Positions 1 through 13,400 of a DNA stretch of 64,000 nt are shown here, piece after piece. The notes under the pieces were generated by a model that did not search any database, was not told the origin of the DNA, and saw only the letters and a program-made list of their open reading frames with translations. The stretch covers positions 3,232,275 through 3,296,274 of the forward strand of contig CM082587.2 of the NCBI GenBank assembly GCA_040954595.2, given 5' to 3'. Source of the stretch: Balanoglossus misakiensis. Its lineage: Eukaryota > Animalia > Hemichordata. How positions within the stretch are numbered: the stretch's first letter is position 1; the number at the start of each line of letters is the position of its first letter. Position numbers and translations under genes: made by a program.

Positions 1-1091
1 TGATAGCAATTGCATACTGAATATACATCCGTGTACTATCAGGCAGCTGGAATTTAAAAACTTTACTCTGTGCCAGTGGGGTAACTCTGTACTATGCCAC
101 AATAGTGGCCTAAACACACTTCTTGCTGCTGGAATGACTTCAATCTCTGGTTCTTCTACTATAAAAGGCATGGAACCGAGAAGCAAACAAGAAACCATTT
201 CCGTTTTTGAACTACTCAAACGCGCATGTTGATGCTTTATGTTTTACACATTTTTCCAACATTAAAAGTAAATTATGCTCAATTTCATGCCACAGTTGAA
301 TTTTTCTCTCAGTCTTGCTTCACCATTCAAACCGTAAGACAGTAAATTTAAACACCATCACAGGAGTGTGCTGGATATACCAGGCAGTCAAATTGTGTAT
401 ATACCGGTATGTACGTGACATGCACTTAGCATGCATATAAATTGGAAATATAAAAGAAATTGTAGCGCTTTAAAGTTTGAAATCACTATTTCACAGTAAA
501 TGGCACAGCACCAGGAATAAAAGCAGAATGGCACGATTTCACGAAATGCATCACCGGTTGTAAAAAGTATAAAACCATCGCATTACAATGCATCGTACTT
601 TTAGTAATACCCCTGGTACGTCTAATGCCTAGTGTAAGGCAGACTTAAAATTTTTAATACTCGTTTATGAAAGGTGCATTATTGAGGACTGTTTATTGAC
701 TAGAAGATGATGACTCGTTATCAACAACTTATAAAATGCAATTCAACGCACTTTTCAAGAGTATTTTTCCGACTAGCATTATCCGTGAGTTATTTGATGA
801 ATATCAAGGTCGACAACTATTTGCGAACACTTTTCAATGACTAATGAGACAGCTATTTTGGTTCAGTTTTTATCAACAGCTGTAAGTGGACTGTGAGTGG
901 CCCTAACAATCACGAGCTATACTCATTTCATCAACAGCTGAAGAGCTTCCCAATATCCCAAAAGCCTAGCTAACAACGTCGGAATCAAGCAATCCAGTAC
1001 CCTTGTAGTAACAGCATGTTATACACAATTGCCATGGTTAGGCCAATTCATGTAGAAATAGACTCCATGTTCAAAACTTGCAAATCTGGTT

Positions 1092-1197
1092 TCACCACCA
1101 CCACCACCAAAACCACCACCCTCGCCGCTGCCACCAACAAAAAACCACAAAAACCACCACCCACGTCGCCACCTCCATAACCAACACCATCACCACA
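1092..1197 (+). repeat. Degenerate (CCA)n low-complexity repeat, related to 35809-35883
   Basis: CCA/ACC-rich tract. Shares caccacccacgtYgcca and caccaccaaaaccacca strings with the 35.8-kb copy. Confidence 0.65.
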
Positions 1198-2452
1198 GTT
1201 TTCCAATTGGCTTGGGTTCACCGCTTTTAAAAAATGTACTACAGCTGTCTTATTAAGTGAAATAATTATCAGTGTTACTTGTCGCATACGATATTGTCTG
1301 ATTTAAACTGTTTCTCTAACCACCTGAGCTGAAATAGAAGTGCTCCTTGAAACAACCATTTTGGTGTCATTTGTGTGTGATCGAAAAATTGAATAATTCA
1401 ACGAATATCAGAACAGCACAGAAGATATAAAATATTGACAAACGCCCTTTAAAGATTTTAAAACACAACAAAGAGAACACATGCATCAGGCATTTAGGGA
1501 AGACTACATTTCATGGGACAGACTACTCTCAGGTGTGCCACCACACTCGCATATCATTACAAAAAATGCCAATTAGTAGGGAAAAAAGTACAAAGACGAG
1601 ATATTTGAGATATATTTACATACTGTATTATATCTGTCACGAAACTTTAAGTTCTTCCGCATGAAAATCAATATTCCTTTTTGATAAATACAACTCATAA
1701 TTGAAACCATACACTGTCTAGAACATGCAGGAAGCCATAACCAAATTTAGACTTCGATTTTAAGCAAATGGTTGCTATGGAGAAATATATCATTAAGATT
1801 TTTTTCTTTGAAAACGAACTTTATATACATGTATGACCCCTTCTTCGAACCACTGAATCACACAGGCACAATTCAATGGTAATTGGCAGATGTTATCACA
1901 TAAATGATTCAGGAAATGTTTTTGCATGATTTACATGAAGGTTCTGAGTCTGTATTAAATGTTTAACGATACTGACAAGCATGTCTGTCTCGAAAGCCAA
2001 GAATACATCAAAGTATTGTGATGTCAGGTTTAGGCTTTGGTACGGACTACCACTGGTTGGGAAACATTGATTGATTTTGAGTTCTTTGACATGTTTCTTT
2101 CCCTTCTATATCTCGTGTTTTGTTCTCAACATATATTTTTACACTATTTTATATGCATAGTACCCAGTCAATGCGACTCGAGCGTTATGGATGTGTCTAG
2201 CCATCATATGTTTAAAATTGTATGAGTGTGATCTTTTGCTTGAACTGTAACAGTGTACGGTTTAATTCAATTCCGAGTCAGCCTCCGTTGTAATGAAACG
2301 GAGCTACATTCAGGAAAATTAGAACAAAAGACTGTCGGAAGAGAATTTCTTCTGAAAGTTCATTGGATTGGGAAACAACCGCATGGCCTATCGTGTTGAA
2401 CAGCACAAAAAGACACATTTTTTGTTAAACTCTGCACCTATTCTAGACTCAC

Positions 2453-2477
2453 TCATATTACTTGGTTTGCAACCCAT
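2453..2477 (-). CDS. Putative first coding exon (MGCKPSNM, phase-1 donor) of a gene running off the left edge
   Basis: Minus strand reads gaaATGGGTTGCAAACCAAGTAATATGA|gtgagt, a strong donor. MGCxxS is an N-myristoylation/palmitoylation motif. Promoter-like TCTCGCAAGA and TCACGTG lie just upstream (~2499-2537). A frame-compatible acceptor (ttttatag, exon start 158) would continue IEEPEIEVIPAAR. Confidence 0.4.
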
Positions 2478-5400
2478 TTCAACTGCAATTATCAAAGTCT
2501 CGCAAGATCTCGCAATGTACGGCTTGTCAATCACGTGCTAAAAATTGGCATCCCGAGGAAGAAACATAAATGTAGCCGCAGCGAACAAGGCAGCACTAGA
2601 TCACAAATTCAATAGTGACAATTTCATTCTTTTTCAATAATTTATAATGCTTCTCTTGAAGTCGTTTCATGCTTGACGTACCTTGTCTTTTCGCAATGGA
2701 AAAACAATCGTTCAACTACAAATAGATTGATTGCAAGAAGCGCCCAAGAATATTTGATCTATTCAATGATTTTGATGTCGTGATCGCACATTTTGAGTGT
2801 TTAATATCCACCTTCAGACAGATCTGATACCGTATGGGTCGGTCTGGCAAGGAACCAACGTGGACATGACAATCTAGAAGACAGGTCCTATAAAATGCAA
2901 TTCCCTGATTTTGCCGATGACACTTGCCCCCCCCCCCCACCCATTTGCTCTAATTCGACGGAGCATTTAACACCCCGAAAAGATTCAATTTACCGAGTGA
3001 TTTTATAAGTATCTCAGAAGGCACAAAAATCATTTCTGTTTAAAGTCGCTGATAAATTATTAATCAAAGACATGTATAGAACGATTCTCCTGCAAGTATG
3101 CCAGTCTTAACCACAGGGGCATTTTGAAGAACTTAATGGGGGAATTTTCCTGGGTAGGAGGTAATGATGTAAAATACTGCATGAGTCGTTCTGCTGATGG
3201 TGTACTTCAAAAGCAAAGATAATCTGGACTATGTCGCGTAGCGACGTGAAATTCCACATTTCGTAGATGTTCTGTCACTCGAGTATTACATCTTGAGATA
3301 TGAGTGCCGTCAGTATGAAATAATGCTTTCAGAGATGAAATCTGCATTATTAGGAGCCATTTGGATATCGTCAAGTTGTGTTGTAGACGGTCGTTGAGAG
3401 AGCAGTCATCGTAAGAGGCTCCATAGGAAAAAAACGAACTGTGATAAAACATGATGTCTACTGCGCTGCAGGCAGCAGTATTTGCACGCCTAGAAAGAGA
3501 CGCAATGAGTGTTTACCGGCATCACAGTCCATTGGGTTCCAATGGCTATGGTACGCAGAAATATGACTTGCCGACTAAGACACCGGTATATCCACGCGGG
3601 GTTTTTGCATAACAGATGGATAATATCGTTGCAGTTAACCAGCGGGACCTTGCTCATTCCAGGAGGGGGAGGGGGGAGTATCTTGTACTCCCGTGTGTTC
3701 TCACATGGGGAATTGAACTTTTTTGGACAGGTCATGCAAAGCCTATTACGCGGAAGCAGAGGTCCTCTTAATTCATCAGGGTATGAAATAATAGCGGCAG
3801 GGACACTGCTGCCATCTGATTTGAAACTTAAACTTGTGACATGCTCACGCAGTACGCATCAGATAAAAATACCATGCATGTACTGGGGTATGTATGTCTG
3901 TAAGCAGCGCCCCCCTAAGGGCTAATAGTCTCTTGGGCGCATTGGTCAACACAACAATTGAATATCCATACTGTAAGATGCAGAAATACAACTGTGTAGA
4001 TTTTATTATTGAGACGATGCTCGCAGTGAGACGTACCGGTGCATATGTACGTCAAAGCTGCTTCCTGAAGACTTTATACCAACTACTTCAAACGCACCAC
4101 CCTTTGGGCATGCATGTTCCAAAGTACGCACAGCATCACTCTGTGGTTGAAGTCGAAACATTGAAGCTGAATTATGTCTTTCGGGATCTTCTGAAGTGCA
4201 TGGAAAACAGTTTCTATCCTTTATTTGATGAGCCTTCCCTAAGAAAATAAAGTACTAATCGACTCAATCCTTGTTTTTCGCTTCCACATAGTAAATGCGC
4301 AATCATAACTCCAAACGATTTGTAAAAACCGCCTCCAGACGGTGGAAACATTTAATATTGACATTTCTTGTCCAGTTTATTGGTGACATTTTCCTAGCTT
4401 TGAATCTCAATCGGCGACTAAATTAATCATTAATATACAGCGACGGCTCTGTATCGTCAAAATAAACGTGTTTTTGCCGCCTGTAAATCTTTCAAGAAGA
4501 AATATGACTTTTTCAATATATAAAGGCAGTTTATGAGTTCACAATTTCTTTGCCAAAAGGCACAGGAACAGCATAACCTCCCATGTAATATGAATGACTG
4601 ATTGTGTTTTATGGCTTCCGATACGCCTTTATGAGAGCGATCTCTTGGGATTTATTTCGCCCTGAAATATGCTGTTTATTACACTAGAGGCCGAGATGAT
4701 AAAGTCGTGTGCTGGCATGGGGAGCGAGTGTCTATATGACGCCCCCAAGGCCTGGTTGACAGAAAGCAGCTACACAGCGTCTTGTGGTGCGGATATCTTG
4801 TGCGGATCAAGAAAATTCGACATGCGGTGTATAATTGTGATGATGCGCGTGAATCTGTAGGTGTATGCTTGATCATTAGGTAATCGGTTACTAAGCAGTG
4901 CTATTTGGACAATTTTTTGAGGCGGGTTTTGGGAATTAACTTGTTGGATTCTATAGACAGGGGGGAATCTAGAGTGTGACGCTTTGTCTACTGGATAAAT
5001 TCATCCCGAGGATCGTACCAGACAAAACCTCAGGTATAGTATTTGAACATATTGTCCAATGATTACAAAATTGGTCCCTGTAAGTTTTGCCCTGTAAACT
5101 GGATGATAACCGTCGGGCCAACAACTAATGCCAGCACGCCTTGGTGACCAAAGGGCAACAGAAAACATTTCTCAGAATGTTTACACGATGGAAGACATAC
5201 TACCGCTGGTCAGTGAGAGCACATAGAGCGTCAGCCCTGCCCGCGGGGTACGACATATTGAAGAACAGACACAAACAAAAAGAAAGAAACACACGCAGAC
5301 CAAACCAATAATCCCATCACTGATAGCATTAGTATCTTCACAGGAGAATTGTCGCTCGAACCCAAGTTGAACAGATGCGACATTCCCATCCCTGAATTAG

Positions 5401-6970
5401 AAGACACACTGAAAGAGTTGTAATCTCAATGAGATTTGGTGCGGTAACATTATTACAGTCCCAAATCTGTAAGACCAGCATAATGCCTATTTTGCAACAA
5501 GATAATCTCTAAATCCGCTTCGCGGGTAACGTAATCAATACGAGTGCTGCAAAATTTTATTGCGGAATAAAACTGCATTTGACCCCGTACGCTAGTCCTC
5601 GGGGGAACGGTTGGTTTCGCTGTCACGTATAAATAAAAGAAGACCTGACTGAGGCACTGAAATGAGAAATATCGCTGAAAAATGGAATTGATGAAGCATG
5701 CAAGAGGATAGCCTTACCAACTAACCGTTTCTCTATTAAATATTAAAAAAGAAATGAACTGAATAGAGGGCGCAATTTAAAGTCTAATATCACACCAGAG
5801 CTCCAAGCGAGACTGGTGACGCGAGAGGGAGACTGGAACAAAATGTGCCAAATGGGCAAAGAGTCACTAAAGTAAAAGATACAGACAAAATAGACACATA
5901 GAGAGAGACAAACATGGGTGGACAGACAAACAGACAGAAAGAAACATTGTACATTATAGAAAAATAGATGTAGAGAGGATTGTATCATCAGCATAAAGGC
6001 GGTGGTTTAAGAACATTTGTAACTTAATTTTACCCAACAACCGCAGACAGCAATAAAGATTTGAAAACATATGCAGGAAAGGGAAAGAAAAATGACAGAC
6101 AGAAAGGGACATAACACGAAGGAGAGAGAAAGCCTTATAAATATTGTAGGACACAGAGATGAGTGGCAAAAACAAAGACGGGCGATTAGACAGTTTATAC
6201 AGTATGGCAGGTGAGGGCGTTTGTCCCCAATGAAATTAGTAGTACTATTATTTATTTGTATAAAGGCGTTGTTCATCTGTAGTGATGGTGGACAGTTGGA
6301 ACTGCGCCCCCAAGCGGAGAGTCTGCAACACCAAGACTTGTTTTCAATTCTGAACGTACGGTATATAATAATTAGTTTCGGTTTTACGTTTTAATAGCTG
6401 CTGACAAGATGCACGATATAAGTATGCATGCAAGTGTGTATGTCAAAAAGCGCCACCAAATTCCAATCACACACATTTTGCTTTATCGTTTATGTGAGAG
6501 TAAGGGACGAAGTCTGCAGCGACAGGAAAGCGATCCAGTTTCTTCAGATGCTTCCATTTCTTTAAGTAAAAACCTTGATAAAAGCTCTTCCCCAATGTAA
6601 ATACATGCCTGTTTGAGTCATGAAATTTCCTCTAAATTTTACTCTGCTGTGTTAAGAACTAAAAAAGCAAATGAACAGACGGGTTCTGTTGTGCTAGACG
6701 ATACCTTGAAATCACAATGCATAGTATGGTTACCACGGACGTACACATTAAATAAAGGACAACCAATTACCGTTGCATGTGACTCTTGTTAATGCAGTTC
6801 ATTAACGTTCATGTCTACAAAGTTGGCAAGCCTGCATTTTGAAGGCCTGTGACTGTGTCCACTTCCCGTTTCGTGATCTTTCAAAAAGAACCGAGGTCGT
6901 GAAATCCACATGTTGACTCTGAAGTACGCAAGAAGTCAAACTCACTCTTTGGTCATATTGTGTAGTAAAG

Positions 6971-7030
6971 TGAGAGAGAGTGAGTGAGTGAGTGAGTGAG
7001 TGAGTGAGTGAGTGAGTGAGTGAGTGAGTG
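6971..7030 (+). repeat. (GAGT)n microsatellite
   Basis: Perfect gagt tandem run flanked by GA repeats. Confidence 0.95.
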
Positions 7031-8749
7031 ACAGAGAGAGAGATAATCACCTTGTGACATGATTCTCGCATTTATGACGAGTAACCGACCCCCACCCCAC
7101 CGAGCCCCACCCCACCCAATCCCACTGCTATCTCAGCACTCGATATCCATTGTACCTTAACATGTGTAAGTATAGATGACATGTTTCCAGTGTTTTCTTA
7201 GCGTGCCTAAACCGTAATCGCTGTCAATGGAGTCTTAGCTGAGTGGGTGGTTGTAATAGAGGATAATTGAAGATGGCCAGAGTTCGATCAATAAAATCTC
7301 CCACAGCAGGAAATCATTCAGAAATAATTTCAGCTGGGCTTGTGTTCGGCGAAATTCTAAATTATACGATCAAAGTCATTTGAGTTACGATCGATCTCGT
7401 TCATCTTCATAAGCAGGTCACTTCAAATTCGATGTCGGATCCTGACATTTAATTCTTGAAGAGATTGTTTACTGGGATTGGAAATTACGATCGAACATTT
7501 TTAACAAATGGTTTCTGATAATTAAAGTCAATTTATAATATGTATACAGTACAAGCCATGTTAAAGTAACTCCAGGTTTTGGCTTGGGTTATTTCATCTC
7601 TCTCTCTGTCTCTTTTTTACTCGCTCCATTTATTCAACGGACAAAAACAATTTTCTATGAGTGGGCTACTTTCACGTATTATGCCCAGAGGAACTTTTCA
7701 GTAGTTGAAAGCATTTGGCAGGGAAGACCGGATTTTGATTATGAAACATCATGGTTTAAATTCATAACCAACCCACCAGTCATACGGAATGTTGCAAAAT
7801 AACCATAACAGATTGGTTTTGAAAATGTGATTTTCAGTGTAGCATTTGTGATTCCTATCATTCAGAACTATTATTAATCCCTCAAGCTCAATGTATGTTA
7901 TAATAACCCCGCCTGTTTAATTTACAGTAAGCTCACAGTAGGATTTTGTATTATACAGGCTGTATAGGTGCATATTTTATTCAAAATATTCACCAAAACC
8001 TTTTTTTGGTTATTTAAAAAGTGTGAAAAAGAGCCCCGTGGATACACTCACTTTATTGTACTCATTGCATGCTCTTTCCATTCACAACGAAAGTACCGGT
8101 ATCTGGATTCTGACCTATCAACCACAAACAACTGTATGTATAAAAGATCTTGTCTATGATCCAACACTGTGCTTCCCCCCCCCCCCCCAACAATTTCACA
8201 CTTGACAGGGTACCTAGCTGCAGTGGCAAAACAAACGCAGACACAGACAGAAGTCTTTTGTTTTGGATTACATTTTAATTCGTCAAACCCGACAACTATA
8301 TCTGACACGCTTCATTCTCTCTAAGGTATCAGACACGTACATTACAAAGAATGATATGTTTAAACACGTGAATTAGAGCATTTAAATGATAATAGATCCC
8401 AGCGCTCCGAAAGCGTGATTTACAACTTTTCTATCAGTTCCGCTTCAATTACTCCCCCTCCCCCCGGGCTACGTGTACAATCACGTCTTGATTAACAAGG
8501 GAAATAAATACATGGTGTGATCTGACGCAGATCTTTCTGATCTAAAGCGTTGAAAACGATGCACAGTAATTACAATATTCATCTCCATGGTTACAATTCT
8601 AATTGGCGATACGAAAAAAAATAATAAGAGAAGCGTAAATGTGCAGGTTGCTGAAAATTTACATTATGCAGAGGGCATTCTCGAAATACGAAAAGAGCGA
8701 CATTGTTGTTTCTTTTTTTTTTTGCAAAAGAAAAGAGTTTTTAATGTTC

Positions 8750-9097
8750 TTATTCTTCCGAAGAAGCAGATCGTCGGCGAACGGATCGTTTCCAGGCGTC
8801 GTTCATGTTGAGTCCCTTGAGCTTCATTCGTCGTTTTCTCCACTGCTCGGGGTCGCGCTTGTCTTCCTCCCGCTTCCAGCCGAAGCAGTAGGCGTTGGGT
8901 GTGCCTTGTCTACAGACGGCCTGCGGCTCGCGCTTGTCTGCCAGTCTGTTTTTGGCCCATTCTTTCAGCACCCAGTCTTGGAGTGGGTTGGGTTCATCCA
9001 CATCGTTCGTGTTCTCTTCCGATTGCAAGTCTTGACAGTAAACTATGGCCACAAACGCCGCCAGCAAAACGCAGACGCTGAGAACTTTGACGTGCAT
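8750..9097 (-). CDS. Secreted neuropeptide/prohormone-like precursor, 115 aa, single coding exon
   Basis: ATG at 9097 follows an acceptor (cttatattttacattgcag, exon start 9121). Signal peptide MHVKVLSVCVLLAAFVAIVYC, then an acidic spacer, then KR-EPQAVCRQGTPNAYCFGW-KR, further KR/RKRR/KR/RRR sites and TAA. Candidate AATAAA at 8057-8052. Confidence 0.88.
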   Translation of the reverse strand: MHVKVLSVCVLLAAFVAIVYCQDLQSEENTNDVDEPNPLQDWVLKEWAKNRLADKREPQAVCRQGTPNAYCFGWKREEDKRDPEQWRKRRMKLKGLNMNDAWKRSVRRRSASSEE

Positions 9098-10261
9098 AAT
9101 TTGGAGTTGTTGTGAACTAATCTGCAATGTAAAATATAAGAGACAAGAAGAACCAGAGTTATGGAAACGCGTTAACAAGAAGATAACTGCATAAACAACC
9201 TTAAGCATCTTCGAGCAATAGTCACATTATATTACATTTATTTCATAGATTCACTCGGATGACGAGTATAAACTTTTCATTTTTTGCTGTATTACGAAAT
9301 ATGAACAAGACTATTCAGGATTCCACAACTCGGAGGAGAAAGTAATGGCTTTTCCAAATTTCATTCTCACTGAGGTAGTTTCTGTGAGGGTCTGCTAATA
9401 CACATTCGCACGAGCCATATACTTGGGGCACTTTGATAAAGGGATGCGTAATATTCGAGGAAGGGAATGTGCAGCCCCTACAGTCAGCTACTACATTTCA
9501 AACCAAGAAATGAGCTGTCTAAAAATATACCATGGTCTTTTCTGCTCATTTCATAAATGTACATGTCGTATCTTTTGTTGAAATCAACCCAGAGTAGATA
9601 AGAAAAGCACATTGAAAGGTGAGCGCGTCATATGCCATCACAAAGTTTGCCTTTGTGCAAACACGCATGAGCAATAAAAAGTTCACCCACGCATTTGTAG
9701 AAACTATATTCAATATGTTTTTCAATTTTCTGTGAGATACAAATGCTGCTTTGCGAACGAGGCAGACACCAGACAGGCAAACAGACAGACACATAGACAG
9801 ACAGAATGACAGACACAGGAGAAAATAAACGGATATGACTTTTCTTACTGCTGACACATGCCACACGCTTTTATCTATCTTCAAAGTTGTTCTATTACTG
9901 CCCAGGGAGGGCACACTGCGGTTAATTCTCCACGGAACATTTATTCTACTGTCTTATCAGACGAGTCACCAATCATTAGCTACAGCGGGGCATATTATGA
10001 GAGTGAAGGTCCACACAGAAAATGCTTTCATTCGAGACGGGTTTAGTTAATCAAATTTAGGTCCCAACTGGCAGATAAAATGGATTGAGGCGCTGAACAC
10101 TTCCTCCCACCTGAGAGACAGGTTTGAATGAGCAAGCTGAGGAAAATTATGTCTTTCTTCAACTCGTTATCAGTGTCCTTAGGGACGTACTTATTGGATG
10201 CAGAGGTTGCACTAGAAAAACCGCCGACTGCTTTTGCCGAGCCATCTGCAGGGCGCATTAC

Positions 10262-10430
10262 CTTTCGGGAGAGATGCTGTCTTCTCCGATTGGTAATTGC
10301 GAACTACACATTGGCCAGATGTATATAAACATATTATATATGCAGTTACTGTTTTTTCTTCTGTCTCTCTTGCGGAAGTACTAGTGTCCATTACGCTATC
10401 AAAATCTTGCCGCATTGGATGCGCGTCACT
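10262..10430 (-). promoter_or_regulatory. Putative promoter and non-coding exon 1 of the precursor gene
   Basis: On minus: CRE half-site TGACG (10428-10424), CCAAT (10418-10414), TATATAA (10340-10334), Inr-like TAGTT (~10305), then donor AAAG|gtaatg at 10262/10261. Implies a 1140-nt intron to the 9122 acceptor. Confidence 0.5.
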
Positions 10431-13400
10431 AAAAATAATGTTCGGACGATGAGCACACATTGACGTTTCCTGTGCAGATGACTTTTAAAGATAGCTGGAC
10501 AGACTCCGCAGCCCTTATCAGATAACATTGTGTTCTTCGATTATGCACTATCGGAAAAATCAGTAGAGCCCGCCGTGCACATGCGCACTAGAAGAGAAAT
10601 CAAGCCAGTCGTTGCTTGCATATGGATGGTTGAACACGCGGCTGTTTGGAGAGATATTCGGGATGTACTTTGTTGAATCATGTTTCAGCTGTTCAGGTTC
10701 TGATTAAACTTCAACAATGATGCTAATTTATGACACAAATTACCGAGGAAATTGGCTTATTTTCCGACATCGTATTTTCGGAGTCTCAACACAATGGCAC
10801 CATATCTTGATTAAAAGAGACGTGATTGTTGGGCTCTTGGTTTGAGTCGGCATTGAAATCCCTTTGGTTGTTGTTCGTAGCTTTAAGAAAAGGCAGGGAT
10901 TCTTTGATGTCTCGTGAGCACATTATCGGCTGTGTGTCATTCAGCCTGGAAACTTCCTTCGAAAAAGTTGTATTACTTGTCTGAAGTTGCAACAATGTTC
11001 TTTGATTTCAACTCTCAATAAATTAGCGTTTTGGGAAGTTTTATAGATCTTTGGCCCATCGTCGCATTGAACACTTTCAATCAATTGGTACTAAAATCAA
11101 CCCCTAGTTTTTATTCTAGTACTTCTCTGGATGTTAAAAGTCACCCGATATTGTCCTGAAGGAGATGACTATCTCCCTTACAAAAGCTCGCAGCTATAGT
11201 CACGCTCACTTTAATCAACAGAGTGTTTTAGCCTCGATGGCTCTGATTAGACTTGACTTTGGATGTAATACACTTTAATAGAGTATGAGATAGTGTACTG
11301 TACCGTTATGTGTGAATGCATTTGCTTCACGATTTTGCAGGCACATGAACAGCCTGAGGGGTGAGGCTATTGCCACAACAGTTGTACACAGCTATGCACC
11401 GCCTAAACTGGTTTTCACGTCAGGTTGGCACAGGGGGCCATCACGTGACGTAACATGCAGCTAGACGTGCGTAGGCTCTGAATTTTGCTCAATTTGTTTG
11501 ATGTTGGTTTGACGTCGATTGACGATATCCCGTGCCAGTTAGATGACGCATTTTTTCGGTAAAGTGACGTACCCCCGATGGTCAGGTGTTTGGCAGGGCA
11601 ACTTCCTTTTCAAAAGCATACTTTTCAGTCACTCTGCTTGGTTAGGAAATACTGGTATTTCATATACCTTTGTGTTTCTGTAATATCTGATTTCTACGTC
11701 ATCTTAAATATCGACATACATGGGGTTGGCAAGATTGAATGTATACGTGTTCATCCTGAACTTTAAGATCGCATAGTATACGGTACTCGCCCACAAATTT
11801 CCGTAAAGCACAAAAACACTTTTACTTATATTACAAAAACAAGACAAATAAATAAATGACTTAAGTGAAACCCTATCAATGTTGCAATCTTCAAAACCGG
11901 CCACTTGTCAAAATTGACACAATCATCATTAATCGCCATTAACTTTGAAAAATGCGTTAATGATGGGAGGTAGATCCATTTACTTTCCTGGTACTCATTT
12001 TCATTTTGCCCGGTTTGTGCTCTTGTACATTCTGTAGATTCCATCAATTACTACAGTACATGGAATAATGACTTTCCTTGGATTATCGTAAGATAAATAG
12101 GGCCAAATGACATATCTCCTGACCTTTTCGGGGAAATTTAAACTGTTTCGATTTAATTGAGATAAACCGGATGACATTCATACCGGCTGTGTGAAAAAAA
12201 TGCCATCTCTGTCCAACACGCAATGTTGTTGAAAACAGGGGGTAGTAGGGAATTATTTGTGAAGAGACAGTCAATTCTCCTAAACCCCTTTTCACCACAT
12301 GTATTCAAAATTGGATGATATGAAAAAGTACACTTTCATATAGAACGTATATGCAGCCGAGATCAAAAACCCACCTTTTCTGTATAATCTTTGTCTGGGC
12401 TTTAAATACACATGTACAGCTTCTCTGACTCAACTGTTGTGGCGGCCTTCTATGACTTGTACAAATTAGATTAAAGTAGACGAGATATGTGATACTATGT
12501 TTGTTCAACGTGATAGGGTTTCTGATCTTCAAGCCTGCTTTTCTTCCACCGCAAACTGCCGCTGTACGTGCTCTCTGAACATCAACGAGCAGTTAAAGAA
12601 CATCAGTTGTCCTCGGGGCAGTTTGAAAACCCGTTGCTCTCGTTTTGCACTGCACATGCATGTATTCCATGCATGTACCAGGTATTACCACCCAACTGTG
12701 CGACGATGGTTTACTTGCTGGCATATGCGACAAATCGTGGTTCAATTTTCTCTGCAGGACGTGTCACTAGGGACAGTTTGTGACCTTTGACATTTTTCTT
12801 AAATTTCCAAAATTTCTAATGTGAACGTGAATTAAATACTACCAGTTACCTGCTGACCTTATAACAAATAAACAAATCACATCTTCACTTCACATTTCAG
12901 GAACTGACCGGGAAAAAAATCTAACAAACGATTTTCTTTCAAGCGACCGATTTCCAATGTGACAACATAAGATCATGAATCTCCCTAACAAGACGTCATC
13001 TTGAGGTGAGAAAATTTGCAGTGAAATTGCACTTTACGACTGGGTCAATTGTCTGATGTCTCTAGCGATCCTAACTAACAAAACAGCGGCAGACTGTCAT
13101 TTGAACGATCAGTGTGCTTCACGCTGGCATAATGAGAGTTTGTATCTTCCTTACATTTCTATGCGTGATCAGTGTCACGTATGGAAGCAGTTTATGAGGT
13201 AACAGATAAAGTATCAGGTTCCTGATTTTACTCATGTTGCATGTTAGTCAATTGTAAATAACAAAACTAAATAGGAAAATAAGGTGGTGTTCCCATCATA
13301 TGTTTTTTAAGTAAAGGGAGTCTAAAATATCGCGTAAAATGCTGAGTCAGAACTGTTATTATACTCCCGATTATAGTTTTCCTATATGGTTAAATATCTG

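Noticed and set aside
3509-4250. 138-aa and 118-aa ORFs
   Set aside because: No recognisable motifs; the first crosses a G-rich repeat-like patch
8639-9115. 158-aa plus-strand ORF
   Set aside because: Antisense shadow of the precursor; GTG start, no motifs
9098-9208. N-terminal 37 codons of the 152-aa ORF
   Set aside because: Mostly intron: a polypyrimidine tract and AG acceptor lie at 9122, and the signal peptide starts at Met 9097
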